A DNA stretch of 64,000 nucleotides from the human T2T-CHM13v2.0 reference genome, Homo sapiens, in the NCBI RefSeq assembly GCF_009914755.1, contig NC_060928.1. One strand, given 5' to 3'. Below, one piece after another: positions 1 through 15,141 of the stretch (positions within the stretch are counted from its first letter, which is position 1; each line of letters starts with the position of its first letter). A model generated the notes under the pieces. That model saw only the letters and a list, made by a program, of their open reading frames with translations. It did no database searches and was not told the origin of the DNA. A program made the translations under genes and the position numbers.

Positions 1-450
1 AGAAGGATGCAGTACAAACATCTGATATTCATAATCTGTCAATATGCATAATCGGAATCTCATCATTAGGAAATAACAAACTCAAACTAAGGAACATTCT
101 ACAAAAAAACTTGTTTGTACTCTTCAAAATTGTTACTTTCATATAAGACAAGAAAGTCAAAAGACTATTCTAAAGAAAGTGATCAAACAGATATGAAAAA
201 CCTGAAATACATCATTCTAGATTGGTTCCTTGGCTGTGAAAAAACATGTCTATAAAGGACATTATTAGGATAATTAGTAAAATTTTACTATAAAGTATGG
301 ATTAAAAATGTGCTATATCAAAATTAAACGTCTTCATTTTGATATTTGTTTCATAGTTATATGAGTATGACCTTATTCTTAGAAAAAGCACACTTTACTA
401 TTTTGGGGGCGAAATGGCAATCATGTATACAGTTCATTCTGAAACAGTTC
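1..450 (+). mobile_element. Old L1 3'-end fragment (L1MC/L1ME-like)
   Basis: Motifs such as 'aaactaaggaacattctacaaaa' and 'taaaggacattattaggataatt' resemble the L1MC/ME 3' UTR; heavily diverged. Confidence 0.6.
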
Positions 451-1374
451 CAATCTATGTACATTGGGCTAACTGTGAATTTTAAAAGTTTACTTTGGAC
501 TCAACTCCACAAATGTTGCCTTCATTCATTTGAATCACATTAGCCACCTTCACATTGTATCTTACCTCTTTGTGGACAATTTTCTGATCACTCAATGCCC
601 CTAGCACATATTCTAAGAAAATTTTTTTCATTATAAAGTGATTGATATGCCACAGAGGTAAATCAAAAACTGTATGTATTGAAGCCAAACATATGGCAAC
701 CACCTGAAAAATTGGTCAAGAAAATAATCACTAGTTTGACTACTGCTATAATAACTTTAAATCTATTAGTATTACCTTCTGGCCTTTAAAAATAACGAAG
801 GTTGGAGAAACTCTACAGTAAATATTTTGATGGTTTCTCATACAACTTTATAACCCTCTTCTGTTTATAACTTCAAAGAAACTGTTTTTGGACTTTGTGA
901 TGTTTTCAATATTTTATCAGTTGTAAATGAAATTCAGCTTTTCTATGGAAATTGCTAAGAAGCTAGACTACAGATCTTTCAAAGTGGTATTTATTAAGTA
1001 CTTTAAGTATTATGCAATGCTAAAGGTTTGATTTAAAAGTATAATATAAAAAGTGAGAGTTAAAAGGTAAATTCATTGGGGATCAGAATTTTCGTTGTTA
1101 AATTGTTGTGGAAAATGCATAATAAGGTAAAAAAATAAATGTCTGTTCAATATCATGTTGATTTGCTTATTAAGATGTATGCTATAAGACATGGTATAAA
1201 CTTACTTAACAAATACGTTAATTAATCACCACCTATATAATAAGCAAGGAGTTACAATGCTGATACTCTTGGATAATCATAATTCCATATTCAAACAGCT
1301 CATAAAACAACACACAGTTAAATAGGGAAGAAAAGAGTATGCTGAGCAGAGGGTTCAGTGAGAGCACACTACTA

Positions 1375-1678
1375 GGCTGGGCACGGTGGCTCATGCCTGT
1401 AATCCCAGCACTTTGGGAAGCCGAGGCGGGCAGATCACGTGGTCAGGAGTTCGAGGTCAGCCTGGCCAATATGGTGAAACCCCATCTCTACTACAAATAC
1501 AAAAATTGGCCGGGTGTAGTGTTGCGCACCTGTAGTCCCAGCTACTTGGGAAGCTGAGGCAGAAGAATTGCTTGAACCCAGAGGCAGAGGTTGCAGTGAA
1601 CGGAGATGCGCCACTGCACTCTAGCCTGGGTGACAGAGCAAGACTGTATCTCAAAAAAAAAAGAAAGAAAAAAAGAAA
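1375..1678 (+). mobile_element. Alu (AluS, Sg-like), full length
   Basis: ggctgggcacggtggctcatgcctgtaatcccagc start, dimeric structure, A-rich tail. Confidence 0.97.
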
Positions 1679-2607
1679 GCCCCAAGTATGGCAGGTTAGG
1701 GAAATGGAACTAACTGACCTGCACTGGGGCTTTCTAAGTAGTTCATCCTGGCTGAACACAAGATTGTACTGCGAGCCCTGAAGGAAGATGAAATAGTTTA
1801 TCTTGTCCTTAAAGTTAGCCCAATTATCTATCATAAAATTCCAAACTTTAAGAAAATTAGGCAAATTGGAAAATATGTACAGAGCACCATTCCTTTATTT
1901 TCATAGAAGTGTTACTACATTAGGAGAAAGAAAATAAACCACATTTCTGTTCATCACATAAATCATGCAATTTTTCATACCTTTTAAGTTTGGCAAAAAT
2001 ATAACATGTGGTTTTCTAAGTGCTTTTCTTTCTTAATTTTTAAACCCAGACATTTTTTCACAGAAATTAAATCCTTATGCTCCTCATTCTTTTCCACTTA
2101 ACACATCAAAAAATGTCTCTGCATAAGATATTTGACATTCAGCATACATTTTATTCTTTATTCTTCTTAAACATATGAAGTTATATTTTGCCAATGGTAA
2201 ACAATACAAAATATTGAACTTCAGGTTAAATTGATAAAGTAGTATATGCTTGTGTGCCTGCATGTGGATGCTACTTGAGGGAAAACAGATGTCTACTCTG
2301 TTCTAAAAGCTATATTGACATGATAACAAGTGAATTGAAGAGGAGAAAAAAGAAATAATATACCTACATTCTGCATAAACAAAAATAGCCATCCTTGTAA
2401 AGAAGTCAAGATAATAATTAGTTCACAGGACACAAAAATAATAGATTGATTCCATAATTCTGTTTTCTCCAGTATTTCAGTTGCATTCATTGGTATTAAA
2501 TATTTTATAAATTAAGCTTTCAGGAAAAATAACATCTAATATTATGAGAAACAATGCCATTTTAATACATATTACCTATTTTTTAATTTTGAAATCATCT
2601 GGAGAAG

Positions 2608-2735
2608 AACAATTATTTCCATTATACAGATGAGATGTTTAAGGCATTGAAAGATTAAGTGACTTCCTGAGTTGCACATCTGTAATCAATTAAGACAGGA
2701 CTCATATCCAGATCTCCTGGTTTCTAAAGTATAAG
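2608..2735 (-). mobile_element. MIR fragment
   Basis: 'ccattatacagatgag...aagattaagtgacttcctga' matches the MIR core in reverse orientation. Confidence 0.7.
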
Positions 2736-5224
2736 ATTTTTCCCCTTATACTTTCTCATTCTCTTTGGCTTGTGAAACTCTATTATCTTCTAATTAATTT
2801 AAAGGAATAAATTGTTTTGATCTGGGTCAATATGAATCTAACCTTCATCCACTTATGTTAGAAACATATAAAGGATCACCTATTGGTAAAATATTATGCC
2901 TTCTTACATAATTTTAATTAGTTTATGATAGCATCAAACAGGGTTCAATTTACAAAATAATATTTGAAGTCCTGGCATTCATATTTAAAGATTATTTTAC
3001 TTTTCCAAAGATTGATGTCTGAAAGTTCAAGAAATCCACTATTACATTATTAACAACACATTTAAGGTCATAAATACTAAGTAGACATTACAGATAAAGA
3101 ACTAAAGGAGTTCATTTGGTAAACTCTTTTTCTCTAAAAGTTTCCATACAAAGTATACAAAAGGTGTTTTCTCCATAAAATTATTATTAAAATGTAGTTA
3201 AATACTAGACATAGAGGTCCTCCTGCTATAAGAACTTAGGTCTTAAAAGCTACATTTGCCTTTTCTGAAGTAACTTAAAGATATGTATATTCATTAATTA
3301 GGAAATATGAAGCAAACTGTTCCTTGTGAAACTTAGTATTCATTTGAATAAATATGTAGACAATTGTTGTGCCAATTTGTTCAAAGAACATGAATGCTTT
3401 CCAAAGATGACATGTTAGTCTTATTTTATGTTGGAAAATCAGAGAGTGATATTAAGGCTCAGCTGACCAGATATTTCACTAGTGATAACAAAGACATATA
3501 ATTGATGCTCAGGATGTAGTAAGAGTATATGACAGAGCTTAAAACTGAAAGAACACTGGGCTTGGAGTACTAAAATAGGGTAAACAAATAGATGAATAGA
3601 AAGGATGAAGTAGACAGTATTTGGTGCATCAATTTGACCCAGAAGTTGGCTCCTGCTGCTGGATTGGAACATTTTTTCTTTTTTTTATGAATAATATATT
3701 GGACAAAATTTACAAAGAGGCAGCTTTCAGTTCAAGTTTGAAAGACTGTTTAAGGAAATAGAGCTAGCCCAAAATACAAAATAGGTCATTAAAGGACATA
3801 TGTTCCCCCTCTCAGATAAGCTGAATTTTTTATTACCCTCATATCCCCATCATAGCACCAATTGCAACGGATATTAATGTTTGTTAGTTCTAAATCTTCT
3901 TAAGAAGTCTGCACTCTTCCAAAAGAATGACCTGTTTTATTCATGTCTGTATCATGGTATAATTAAAGTCTCATGGAAGGCCATGAACATAAAAATTTTT
4001 TATTTTATTAATAATTAGTCAAGTTAATTATTAATTAGTATAATTAACCAAAAATTATAACAATTTAATAAATTATAGTCATTCCTACTTCCTTCTGCCT
4101 TTCACACATTGTGAGATTAATTTCAGTAGTATCTGAGAGGCAGGTGAATTTTTTCTCTGTGAATGGGATGCTAGGTTAGATGGACAAGACGTACTCTGGA
4201 ATGACAGAATAAAGACTTTTGAAATCCAAGTTTTAAAAAAGCAATAAGAAAACTTGCAAAGATATCAAAATTACCATTTTCAGAAATCCAAAAATTAAGA
4301 AGAAGCTTGAAATAAACTAAAGAACATTTATTCAAGGAAAAATGGTAAGTCTCAGTTACAACAGCAAGATTTGCATCATTTTAACTTGCCCAAATCCACC
4401 CTGCTTTCCCCAGGTCTGCAGTAGCCCAGAAAACCAAAGACCATGCAAATGGAGTACCGATAGAAACCAATGGCCTAACAGATGTCAAAGGAAGAAGAAA
4501 GGGAATGGCGCTCCCCAAAAACCTCAGCCTGAGAGAACTGTCACAATTTGACCTCTTGGGAAGCTCTCTGAAAGGCTCTAGCTTCAGGACTTGTTTTTAT
4601 CTGAATCAGAGCTCACTCTGTCTGAATATCATTACTCTTATGGCATCCGTTGAAAATTGTCCATGGGAATTTTTAACATCACAGCTGCTTAAGGCAGCAA
4701 TACCAGTTTGGGTTAACAGGAGGCAGATGTAAAAACCTGAAAGGAGAAACTGAGGAATGTAGTGTCCAAATGGGACTTTCAAAAACTCTCAGGTATTTTT
4801 GGGAATATAAAAGCAAGTATATGGTTGTGGGAACACACAGGAAATATCTAAAGAGAGCTAATATCTTACTTATGGTTGATCTTGAAGCTCTGTACCACCA
4901 AGAAGTGAAGGCTAAGGCAGAGTTATAAATTTCCTGCTGGAGCTTTGAAAACATGCCATATGACACACACAAGACCTACTGGCAAACTCTGGCAGACATT
5001 AATTCAAGATAGTCAGGTAAATCTCTTTTCAATTTTTAGCCAATCAAGCAGAGATTTTATTGACTGTCTACCAAAGTATATGTATAGTGACAAGGACTAC
5101 AGACTTTACAGAATTGGTCCAGGAAAGTCACTAATCAAATGACAATCTCAAAAACTACATACAATAAATCCAGGGGGCTCCTTTTCAGAGTTGTTATGTT
5201 ACATTATTTAAAATGTCAATTAGA

Positions 5225-6198
5225 TGAAGCAGGGTATTTCCCTGACCCTTTCACAGGACTTGTGACAGGTGTGCCTCATTTACTCAGCCCACTGCTCTCA
5301 ACTTCTTGTGGGAGGGAGTGTGTGAGTAAATGAAGTGGGAACTGGAGTGCATGAGTGGTAGAACCACCCAGCGGCTTCAGTTCAGGCTGCAGCAAATTCC
5401 ACTCAGCCCCACTGTGTTCCACCCCTTGTGGGAGGGAGTGTGTAGGTGAGTGAGTGCAGGAGATGGGGCAAGCCCTTTTGGGTGCCAGGAGGACCAAACT
5501 CCATGCGGGCCCTGCGGCAGCATCTGGGGGCAGGGCCTGTAAACCCTGAAGTCCCAGAGGGCATGTTACAGTGCTCTTTTAGCTCTGCCATCTGCTGACA
5601 GCTTAAGTGTTAATAGCTCAGTAAGCCCTATGCCTTTTCATATGTGGTGGCTACCCTCCACCAGTGAGGGCAAAGGGCCAGTGTGACAGCATTTTGTATC
5701 CACATCCATGGCTCCTGAGCTGTTGTCTGACATCCAGGAAAAATGAGGTTGCCCGAATGGATTGAAGAATGGTAAATGTGGGGGATTTCATTGATGAAGA
5801 AAATGGCTCTCAGTGGGAAAGGGAGCTGAAAAGGGGATGGAGCAGGTAGGTAATCTTCCCCTGAAATCCAGACATCTCCAGTCGGATTCTTCTTTGAAGT
5901 TATACCATCAAGCTGTCCCTATGACATGAAGCCACTTCTCTCCAACATCCAGCCCTAGTCCCTGAAGTCCAGCTGCCCTCTCATCTCTGCCAGCTGAGTC
6001 TGAGGTCTTTATATGGCACAGGATGGGGGGGTGGGGCAGGCCATGGGTAATTTAGGAAAAGACAAAATTCAGGTGGAAAAAACAGGAATAAAAGTTTTCA
6101 TTTTGCACCATGGTTTCAGGCTTTTTGACTTGAGGGTGAGGTTTTCTCAGGGACTTGCTCTTTTCTGCCTAGAATTTCTCTGCCCCCTGTCCCTATCA
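5225..6198 (-). mobile_element. ERV1 solo LTR, MER52/LTR1/LTR27/LTR28 group
   Basis: Reverse complement begins tgatagggacagggggcagagaaattctaggcagaaaag and ends ...ctgcttca (TG...CA); GC-rich internal repeats 'cttgtgggagggagtgtgt'. Confidence 0.8.
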
Positions 6199-6349
6199 AA
6201 AGATGCAAAGAAAGAAGAAAGTATGGCCCAGTCACAGGAGGAAATGCTATCAATAGAACTTTCCCTGATGGAGTCCAAATATTGAGTTCAACAGACAAAA
6301 ACTTTAAATCAGCTACACTAAACATGTTAAAAATTAAAGAAAACCATAT

Positions 6350-6839
6350 TGTGCGAGTTCAGGCAGGCTGGTGGGAAAAATTTTAAAGACAGTTATAAGA
6401 AAAAGATACAAACCTCTTGGAAGGCCCTGGGGTTGGGGGTTGCATAACTTCAGTAATAGATCTGGCTGAAGGTAGCCTAATCCTCTTACCTTAAGTAAAC
6501 AGCTTAAAGTAGTACAAAGGAATGTAAGGGAGTTTATCTAAATAACTTGCTTACTCATGTGGTCCTAAAACTAACCTTTGATCTTTCAGGGGCAGGATGG
6601 CTCTCTCGGAGGGAGGGCAACCAGGTTAATTACCCTCTAGTTGTGTTGACTCAAAGCCTTTGTCCTTTAATGTGTGCTGAATAAATGCCGGCAGGGCAGG
6701 GCCAGCTAATCAGGGCCTCAGCTGCTACAATTCTTTCAGTCAGCGACCTGGTCCCCAGCCTGCTCTTTCACTGAATATTGATGTCTGAGTACGTTATTCA
6801 TCTGTCATGCAGCTGGGGTCTGCAGGATACACCCTTGCA
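6350..6839 (+). mobile_element. LTR22-family (HERV-K HML-5) solo LTR
   Basis: Starts tgtgcgagttcaggcaggctggtgggaaaaatttt, contains aataaa, ends ...acccttgca; 6-bp TSD ccatat (6344-6349) / ccgtat (6840-6845), typical of ERVK. Confidence 0.88.
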
Positions 6840-7530
6840 CCGTATTTTAAAATGCAAAGGGAAAATGAGAGTGATTTCTCACTGAATAGAGAACATCATT
6901 GAGGAGATAGAACTTATCTTCAAAAAGAATAAGTTACAAATTCTGAAGCCAATATACAACTAAACAATAAAAATATACTCTTTGGCCTTAACAGCAGGTT
7001 TGAATTGGCTGAAGAAAGAATTAGTGACCTTGAAGATAGTTTAATTCAGATTAGCTGGTGTGAGGAATAGAAAGAAAAAAGAATAAAGAAAAATGAACAG
7101 GGTTTCATGAGACCTGAGAGACTCAATCATGAATACCAATATATGCACAGTGGAATTCCCAAAAAAAGAGAATATAGAAAAACAGAAACAAAGTATATTT
7201 GAAGAAACAATGGCTGAAAACTTTGTAATTTATTGTAAACATTAACCTGCACTCCAGAAACCCAGTAAATGAAAATCAAATAAACTGAAAACATGCACAC
7301 ATAAATGTATCATAGTTAAATTGTCAAAAGACAAAGACTCCTGAAAGCAACAAAAGAAGAGAAATCTATCAAATAGAAATGTCCTCAATAATAAAAAACA
7401 GCTGAGTTTTCCTTAGAAACCATTGAAGCCAAGAGGCAACCGAATGACATACTAATAGTATTGAATGAAAAAACACTATCAAGCAAGAATTCTATATCCA
7501 GCAAAATCCTTTTTAAAAAATAAAGAAAGG

Positions 7531-9405
7531 ATTTCTAGCTATTGGTTCACTATGTCAGAAGCTTGGAAATAACCCCTCCATCTTAACAAGTAAAAATCTG
7601 AACAGACTGTAAACTCAGACATTATTCTTAGATCTGTCTGAGAAGTGAGGTCACAGGGCAAACTGCTGCCTCAAAACTAGACAGATAGGCAAATACAGAG
7701 AATCAACAACCTATTAGCATAGAAATCCATGAGTACAAACCTCTGTGGGAACCACTGCTGAAGTCTCACCGTGGGACAGGCTCAAGAGATAGAAACTGGA
7801 GGGGACTAAGTCATCAGGAGACCCCCTCCCAAACTTTTCTGAGTTTTACCTCCTAGAACTCTTCTAGGGTCTCACAGTGAATTTCAGAGAAAATGCTCCT
7901 TTTGTGTTTTAGACAAGAGGAGAAAAAGAAAGGAACCATTTTGACATAAGCCAAAGAATTCTGTTCTTCTTACAAAACATGCCCTCAGTAGAAACTACTT
8001 AACCAGAAACCAGAGCTTAACCTGCTGGAGTTTTATCGGAGCCTAATGTCCTGTGGGAAGGATAATATCCCATTTCAATCATCTCTAGACTTCCACATGG
8101 AGAAATGGAAATTCTCCATGTGGAAATCCAACTCCAACCCATTTTAGCCATCCTATCTCACCTATGGTGGTGAAGGGACGGAGAAACGTGTTTAAAGTTC
8201 ACATCCAGAGGAACAGGCAGACTTAAAGACTAAGACTTTATCATGGGACTTTAGATTGCTTGTCCTCTTCTCAGAAATTATCATCACATTACTAAAGGCC
8301 TATTTATGACAGTACCTTTTAATCAGTACATCATGTCTAGCCATGAAGACAAAAAATGCAGGCATACCAAAATGCAAAAGTCACAAGTTATAAGAGATAG
8401 AACAAAAATCAAAACCAGACTCAGATAGGGCAGGGATGTTGGAACCATCAAACTGTGAATTTAAAACAATTGTGATCACTTCTCAAAGGGCTCTACAGGG
8501 TAAACTAGACAGTATGCAAAAAGAGATGGACAATGTACACAGAGAAATAAAAATTCTATGAAAGAAGCAATAAATTCTGAAGATCAAGAACATTAAAAGA
8601 AATAAATGCCTTTTATAGTTGACTGTACACATGTGAGGAAAGAGTCTCTGACATTGGGTATAACTCAATTGAAACTGCCAAAACCGAAGAGCAAAGAGAA
8701 AAAATAGACTGATAGAACAGAGAAGAACAAAACTGTGGAACAACTACCAAAAGTGAAATGTACTTATAATGAAATACCAGAAGGAGAGGAAAGAGAGCGA
8801 GGAACAGAAGCAATATTTAAAACATTAATAACTGAGAATTTCCACCAATTAATATCAGACAGCTAACTACAGATCCAGGAAGCTCAGAGAACACAAAGCA
8901 AGATAAGTGTAGAAATAAATAAATAAACATAAGAACACCTAAGCTAATCATATTCAAACTACATAAGGTCAATTTTTTTTAATGCTAAAAAAAGCAAGAA
9001 AGTGGACAGTGAGAAATGTCTTGCATATAGAAGAGAAAAGATAAAAAATACATCTCACATGTCTTAGAAATCATGCAATGAAGAAGAGAATGGAGTAAAA
9101 TATTAAAAATGTTGAGAGACAAAATCCACTATCCTAGAATTCTCTACCCTGCAAAATTGTCCTTCAACAGTAAAGAACATATAAAGACTAAGACAAAAAA
9201 CGCTACAGGAATTTGGTCCCAGTAGACATGACTTGCAAGAAAGTAAAAAGAAGTTCATTAGAACAAATATGATATAGGTCAGAAACTTGGGTCTACAGAA
9301 AGAAGGGTATTGGAGAAGAAATGAGTGGATGTAACATGCAAATTTTAATTTTCTATTCTTAATTACTCTAACATAACAATTTGTTAAAAAATAATAATAG
9401 CGACA
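7531..9405 (+). mobile_element. Second old L1 (L1MC-type) 5' UTR/ORF1 fragment
   Basis: New 5'-end-like sequence ('gagaagtgaggtcacagggcaaactgctgcc') followed by decayed ORF1 ('cagatccaggaagctcagagaacac'). Confidence 0.7.
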
Positions 9406-9498
9406 TGCATCTCCCAGGTACAGGATGTCTAAGTATGACCTGTAGTTTCACTGTTGACTTCCTGATTTTAATAAATGAACTGTTTTTATGAAAGAGAG

Positions 9499-10160
9499 TG
9501 TCTTGGTTCATTTAGGCTGCTATAGCAAAATATCATGGACTGCATGTCTTATAAGCAACATACATTTTGTTTCCCAAAGTTTTGAAACCTGAGAAGTTCA
9601 AGATGAAGTCACTAGTAGGTTTGGTGTCTGATGAAGGTCCCCTTTATGATTCATAGATGATGCCTTCTTTTTTTTTTTTTTTTTTTTGAGACAGAGTCTA
9701 CCTCTGTCACCTAGGCTGGAGTGCAGTGGCACAATCTTGGCTCCCTGCGACTGCTGCCTCCCAGGTTCAAGTGATTCTCCTACCTCAGCCTCCTGAATAG
9801 CTGGGATAACAGGTGCCCAACACCATGCCCAGCTAATTTTTGTATTTTTAGTAGCGACAAGATTTCACTGTGTTGGCCATGCTGGTCTCAAACTCCTGAC
9901 CTCATGATCCACCAGCTTGGCCTCCCAAAGTGCTAGGATTATAAGCGTGAGCCAGTGTGCCTGGCGAGATGATGACTTCTTACTGTGTTCTCATATGGCA
10001 GAAGGATCAAATGAGCTCCCTACAGTTACTCTCATAAGAACACTAGTCCCATTTATGAAGCCTCCACCCTCATGACCTAATTCCCTCTTGAAAACCTCAA
10101 TTCCAAATAACATGATATTGGGTATTAGGTTAAACATGTAAGAGTAAAGGGGTACAAATT
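9499..10160 (-). mobile_element. MaLR LTR (MLT1A/MSTD-like), split by an Alu
   Basis: 'tgtcttggttcatttaggctgctatagcaaaatatcat...gaagttcaagatgaag' and 'ctccaccctcatgacctaat'. Confidence 0.8.
9668..9966 (-). mobile_element. Alu (AluS)
   Basis: Poly-T followed by reverse Alu; TSD agatgatgccttctt / agatgatgacttctt. Confidence 0.97.
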
Positions 10161-10186
10161 TTCCAATTTACTTTCGGTTGTTTAGC

Positions 10187-10187
10187 G

Positions 10188-10214
<27 letters not shown>
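10187..10214. repeat. (CA)n microsatellite
   Basis: Direct read. Confidence 0.95.
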
Positions 10215-10218
<4 letters not shown>

Positions 10219-10239
10219 TTTACAATATGCATTTTTAAA

Positions 10240-12090
<1,851 letters not shown>

Positions 12091-12092
12091 TC

Positions 12093-12438
12093 TGATATCA
12101 AATCTCATCTTGAATTGTAACTCCCACAATTCCCATGTGTCATAGGAGGAAACTTATCGGAGGGAGGTGATTTAATTGTGGGGGCAGGTCTTTCCTGTGC
12201 TTGCGATAGTGAATGAGTCTCACAAGATCTGATGATTTCAAAGCGGGAGTTTCCCTGAACAAGCCCTCTCTGCCTGCTGCCATACATGTTAAGATGTAGC
12301 TTGCTCCTCCTTGCCTTCCACCATGATTGTGAGGCCTCCCTGGCCATGTGGAATTCTAAGTCCATTAAACCTCTTTCTTTTGTAAATTTCCCAGTCTCAG
12401 GTATGTCATTATCAGCAGTGTGAGAGCAGACTAATACA
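12093..12438 (+). mobile_element. THE1 (A/B-like) solo LTR with a small deletion near its 5' end
   Basis: tgatat|caaatctcatcttgaattgta...cagactaataca; perfect 5-bp TSD aattc. Confidence 0.93.
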
Positions 12439-12927
12439 AATTCCTTGGTAGGTGTTTGGTTTTGTTTGGTTTTGCTTTGCCCAGGCTTGTGGAGTTTCTC
12501 TATGAATGTGCAATTTAGTATTAAGCCAGAGACTCAAAAGCCATGTAAGATTTCTACAACTTTTTGTCTGAATAGCATCTTCATCTCCAGTACTTAGTCC
12601 AACAAATTCCAATGATATTGGCTGCACTGAACACTCTTTCCTCAGCTCAGTGAAACTTCTTTTCACTACGTGTATGTTTTCTCCTTCCATTAACAGAAGT
12701 ATCAAAAGTGCCTTCAGAAAAAAAAGAAAACTAAATTTATTTATTTCCCTCTGTTATTGAATAGGTTTTAATATAACTTGTTCAGTTTTCTTGTGCTTTA
12801 CAATGAGAGAGGAGTATCTAGTTCTGCTTACTTCAACATAATAGCAAATAGAAGCTACTATGTTGACTAATATAAAACAAAATAATATGTACCAGTTTAG
12901 TGTATCTGGCACTCTGAGCATGGATAC

Positions 12928-15141
12928 TGATATGGTTAGGTTTCATGTCTCCAATCAAATCTCATCTTGAATTGAAATCCCCAGGTACTGAGGGAGAGAC
13001 CTGGTGGGACATGATTGGATCATGGGGGTGGTTTCCTGTGTGCTGTTCTCTTGACAGTGAGTGAGATCTCATGAAAGCTGATGATTTTATAAGGCAGTTT
13101 TCCCTGCTTTCTCTTGCACACACTCTCTCTCCTGCTGACTTGTGAAGAATATGCCTGCTTGACTTCTCCCTTTATTGTAAGTTTCCCAAGGCCTCCCCAG
13201 CCATGCAGAACTGTCAGTCAATTAAACCTTTTTCTTTTACAAATTACCCAGTCTTGGGTATTTATTTATAGCAGTGTGAGAATGAACTAATACAGTAAAT
13301 TGATACTGCGGAGAGTGAGGTACTTCTATAACGATACCTAAAAATGTGGAAGCAACTTTAGAACTGGGTAACAAGCAGAGGTTGGAAGAGTTTGGAGGGC
13401 TCAGAAAAAGACAGGATGATGTGGAAAAGTTTAGAATTTCCTGGAGACTTGTTGAATGGTTTTGACCAAAATGCTGATAATGATATGGCCAATGATGCCC
13501 AGACTGAGATAGTCTCAGATGGAGATGAGGAACTTGGTGGCCACTGGAATAAAGGTGATTCTTACTATGCTTTGGCAAAGACTGGTGGCATTTTGCTCCT
13601 GTTCTAGTGATCTCTGGAACTTTGAATGTGAGAGAAATGATTTGAAATTGGAACTTATGTTTAAAAAGGAAGCAGAAGATAAAAGTTTAAAAAAATTGCA
13701 GCCTGGTGTTGTGATAGAAGAGCAAAACCAATTTTCTGGTGAGAAATTCAAGCCAGCTTCAGAAATTTGCAGAAGAAACCAGGAGCCAAATGTTAATGAC
13801 CAAGACAATGGGGAAAATGTCTCTAGGTCATGTCAGAGACCTTTGTGGCAGCCCCTCTCATCACAGGCCAGGAGGCCTAGGAGGAAAAAATGGTTTCCTA
13901 GCTCGGGTCCATGACCCCCTGCTGTGTGCAGCCTTGGGATTTGGTGCCCTGCATCCCAGTGACTCCAGCAATAACTAAAAGGGGCCAAGGTATAGCTTGG
14001 GCTTTTGCTTCACAGGATGCAAGCCCCAAGGCTTGGCAGCTTCCACATGGTGTTGGGCCAGAGGGTGTGCTGAAGATAAGAACTGAAGTTTGGGAACCTC
14101 CACCTAGATGTCAGAGGACGTATGGAAATGCCTGGATGTCCAGGCCAAGGTGTGCTTCAGGGGTGGAGTCCTCATGGAGACCCTCTGCTAGGGCAATGTG
14201 GAAGGAAAATGTGGGTTTGGAGCCCCCACACAGAGTCCCCACTGGGGCACTGCCTAATGGAGCTGTGAGAAGAGGGCCACCATCCTCTAGACCCCAGAAT
14301 GGTAGATCCCCTGATAGCTTGCACAGTGTGCCTGGAACAGCTGCAGATACTCAATGTCAGACGTGAATGCAGCTAGGGCTGGGGGCTGTACCCTGCAAAG
14401 CCTGTGAAGGAGCTGCCCAAGGCCATGGGAGCCCACCTCTTGCATCAGCGTGCCCTGGATGTGAGATATGGAGTCAAAAAATATTATTTTGGAGCTTTAA
14501 AGATTTAATGACAGCCCCACTGGATTTTGGACATGCTTGGGACCTGTAGCCCCCTTGTTTTGGCCAATTGTTCCCATTTGAAATGAGAACATTTATCCAA
14601 TGCATGTACACCTATTGTATCTTGGAAGTAACTAACTTGCTCTTGATTTTACAGGCTCCTATGCAGGAGGAATTTTCTTTGTCTTAGGTAAAACTTTGGA
14701 CTTGAACATAATGCTGAAATGAGGTACAACTTTGAGGGACTGTTGGGAAAGCATGATTGCTTTTGAAATGTGAGGACATGAGATTTGGGAGGGGGCAAGG
14801 ACGGTATGATATGGTTAGGCTTTGTGTCTCCACTCAAATCTCATTTTGAATTGTAATCCCCAGGTGTTGAAGGAGAGACCTGGTGGGAGGTTATTGGATC
14901 ATGAGGGTGGTTTCTCACAAGATCTGATGGTTTTAGAAGGCAGTTTTCTCTGCTCTCTCTTGCACATGCTGTCTCTCCTGCCACCTTGTGAAGAAGTCGC
15001 CTGCTTCCCCTTCCACCTTGATCATAAGTTTCCTGAAGCCTCCTCAGCCATGCAGAAGTGTGAGTAAGTTAAACCTCTTTCCTTTATAAATGACCCAGTC
15101 CAGGGAATTTCTTTATAGCAGTGTAAGAATGGACTAATACA
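12928..15141 (+). mobile_element. Full-length THE1D-like MaLR: LTR 12928-13294, internal 13295-14806, LTR 14807-15141
   Basis: Two LTRs starting tgatatggttagg and ending actaataca; typical THE1 internal ('aatgtggaagcaactttagaactgggtaaca'); TSD gatac/aatac. Confidence 0.95.

Larger units (their letters stand above)
4190..7530 (+). mobile_element. Old L1M 5' UTR/ORF1 region, interrupted by two LTRs
   Basis: A-rich decayed ORF1-like text ('gaagaaagaattagtgaccttgaagatag', 'gaagaaacaatggctgaaaacttt') continues on both sides of the LTR insertions. Confidence 0.75.

Noticed and set aside
13392-14549. Cluster of 60-151 aa ORFs, with similar ones at 27124-28430
   Set aside because: Fragmented THE1 internal ORF remnants with stops and frameshifts; no intact protein
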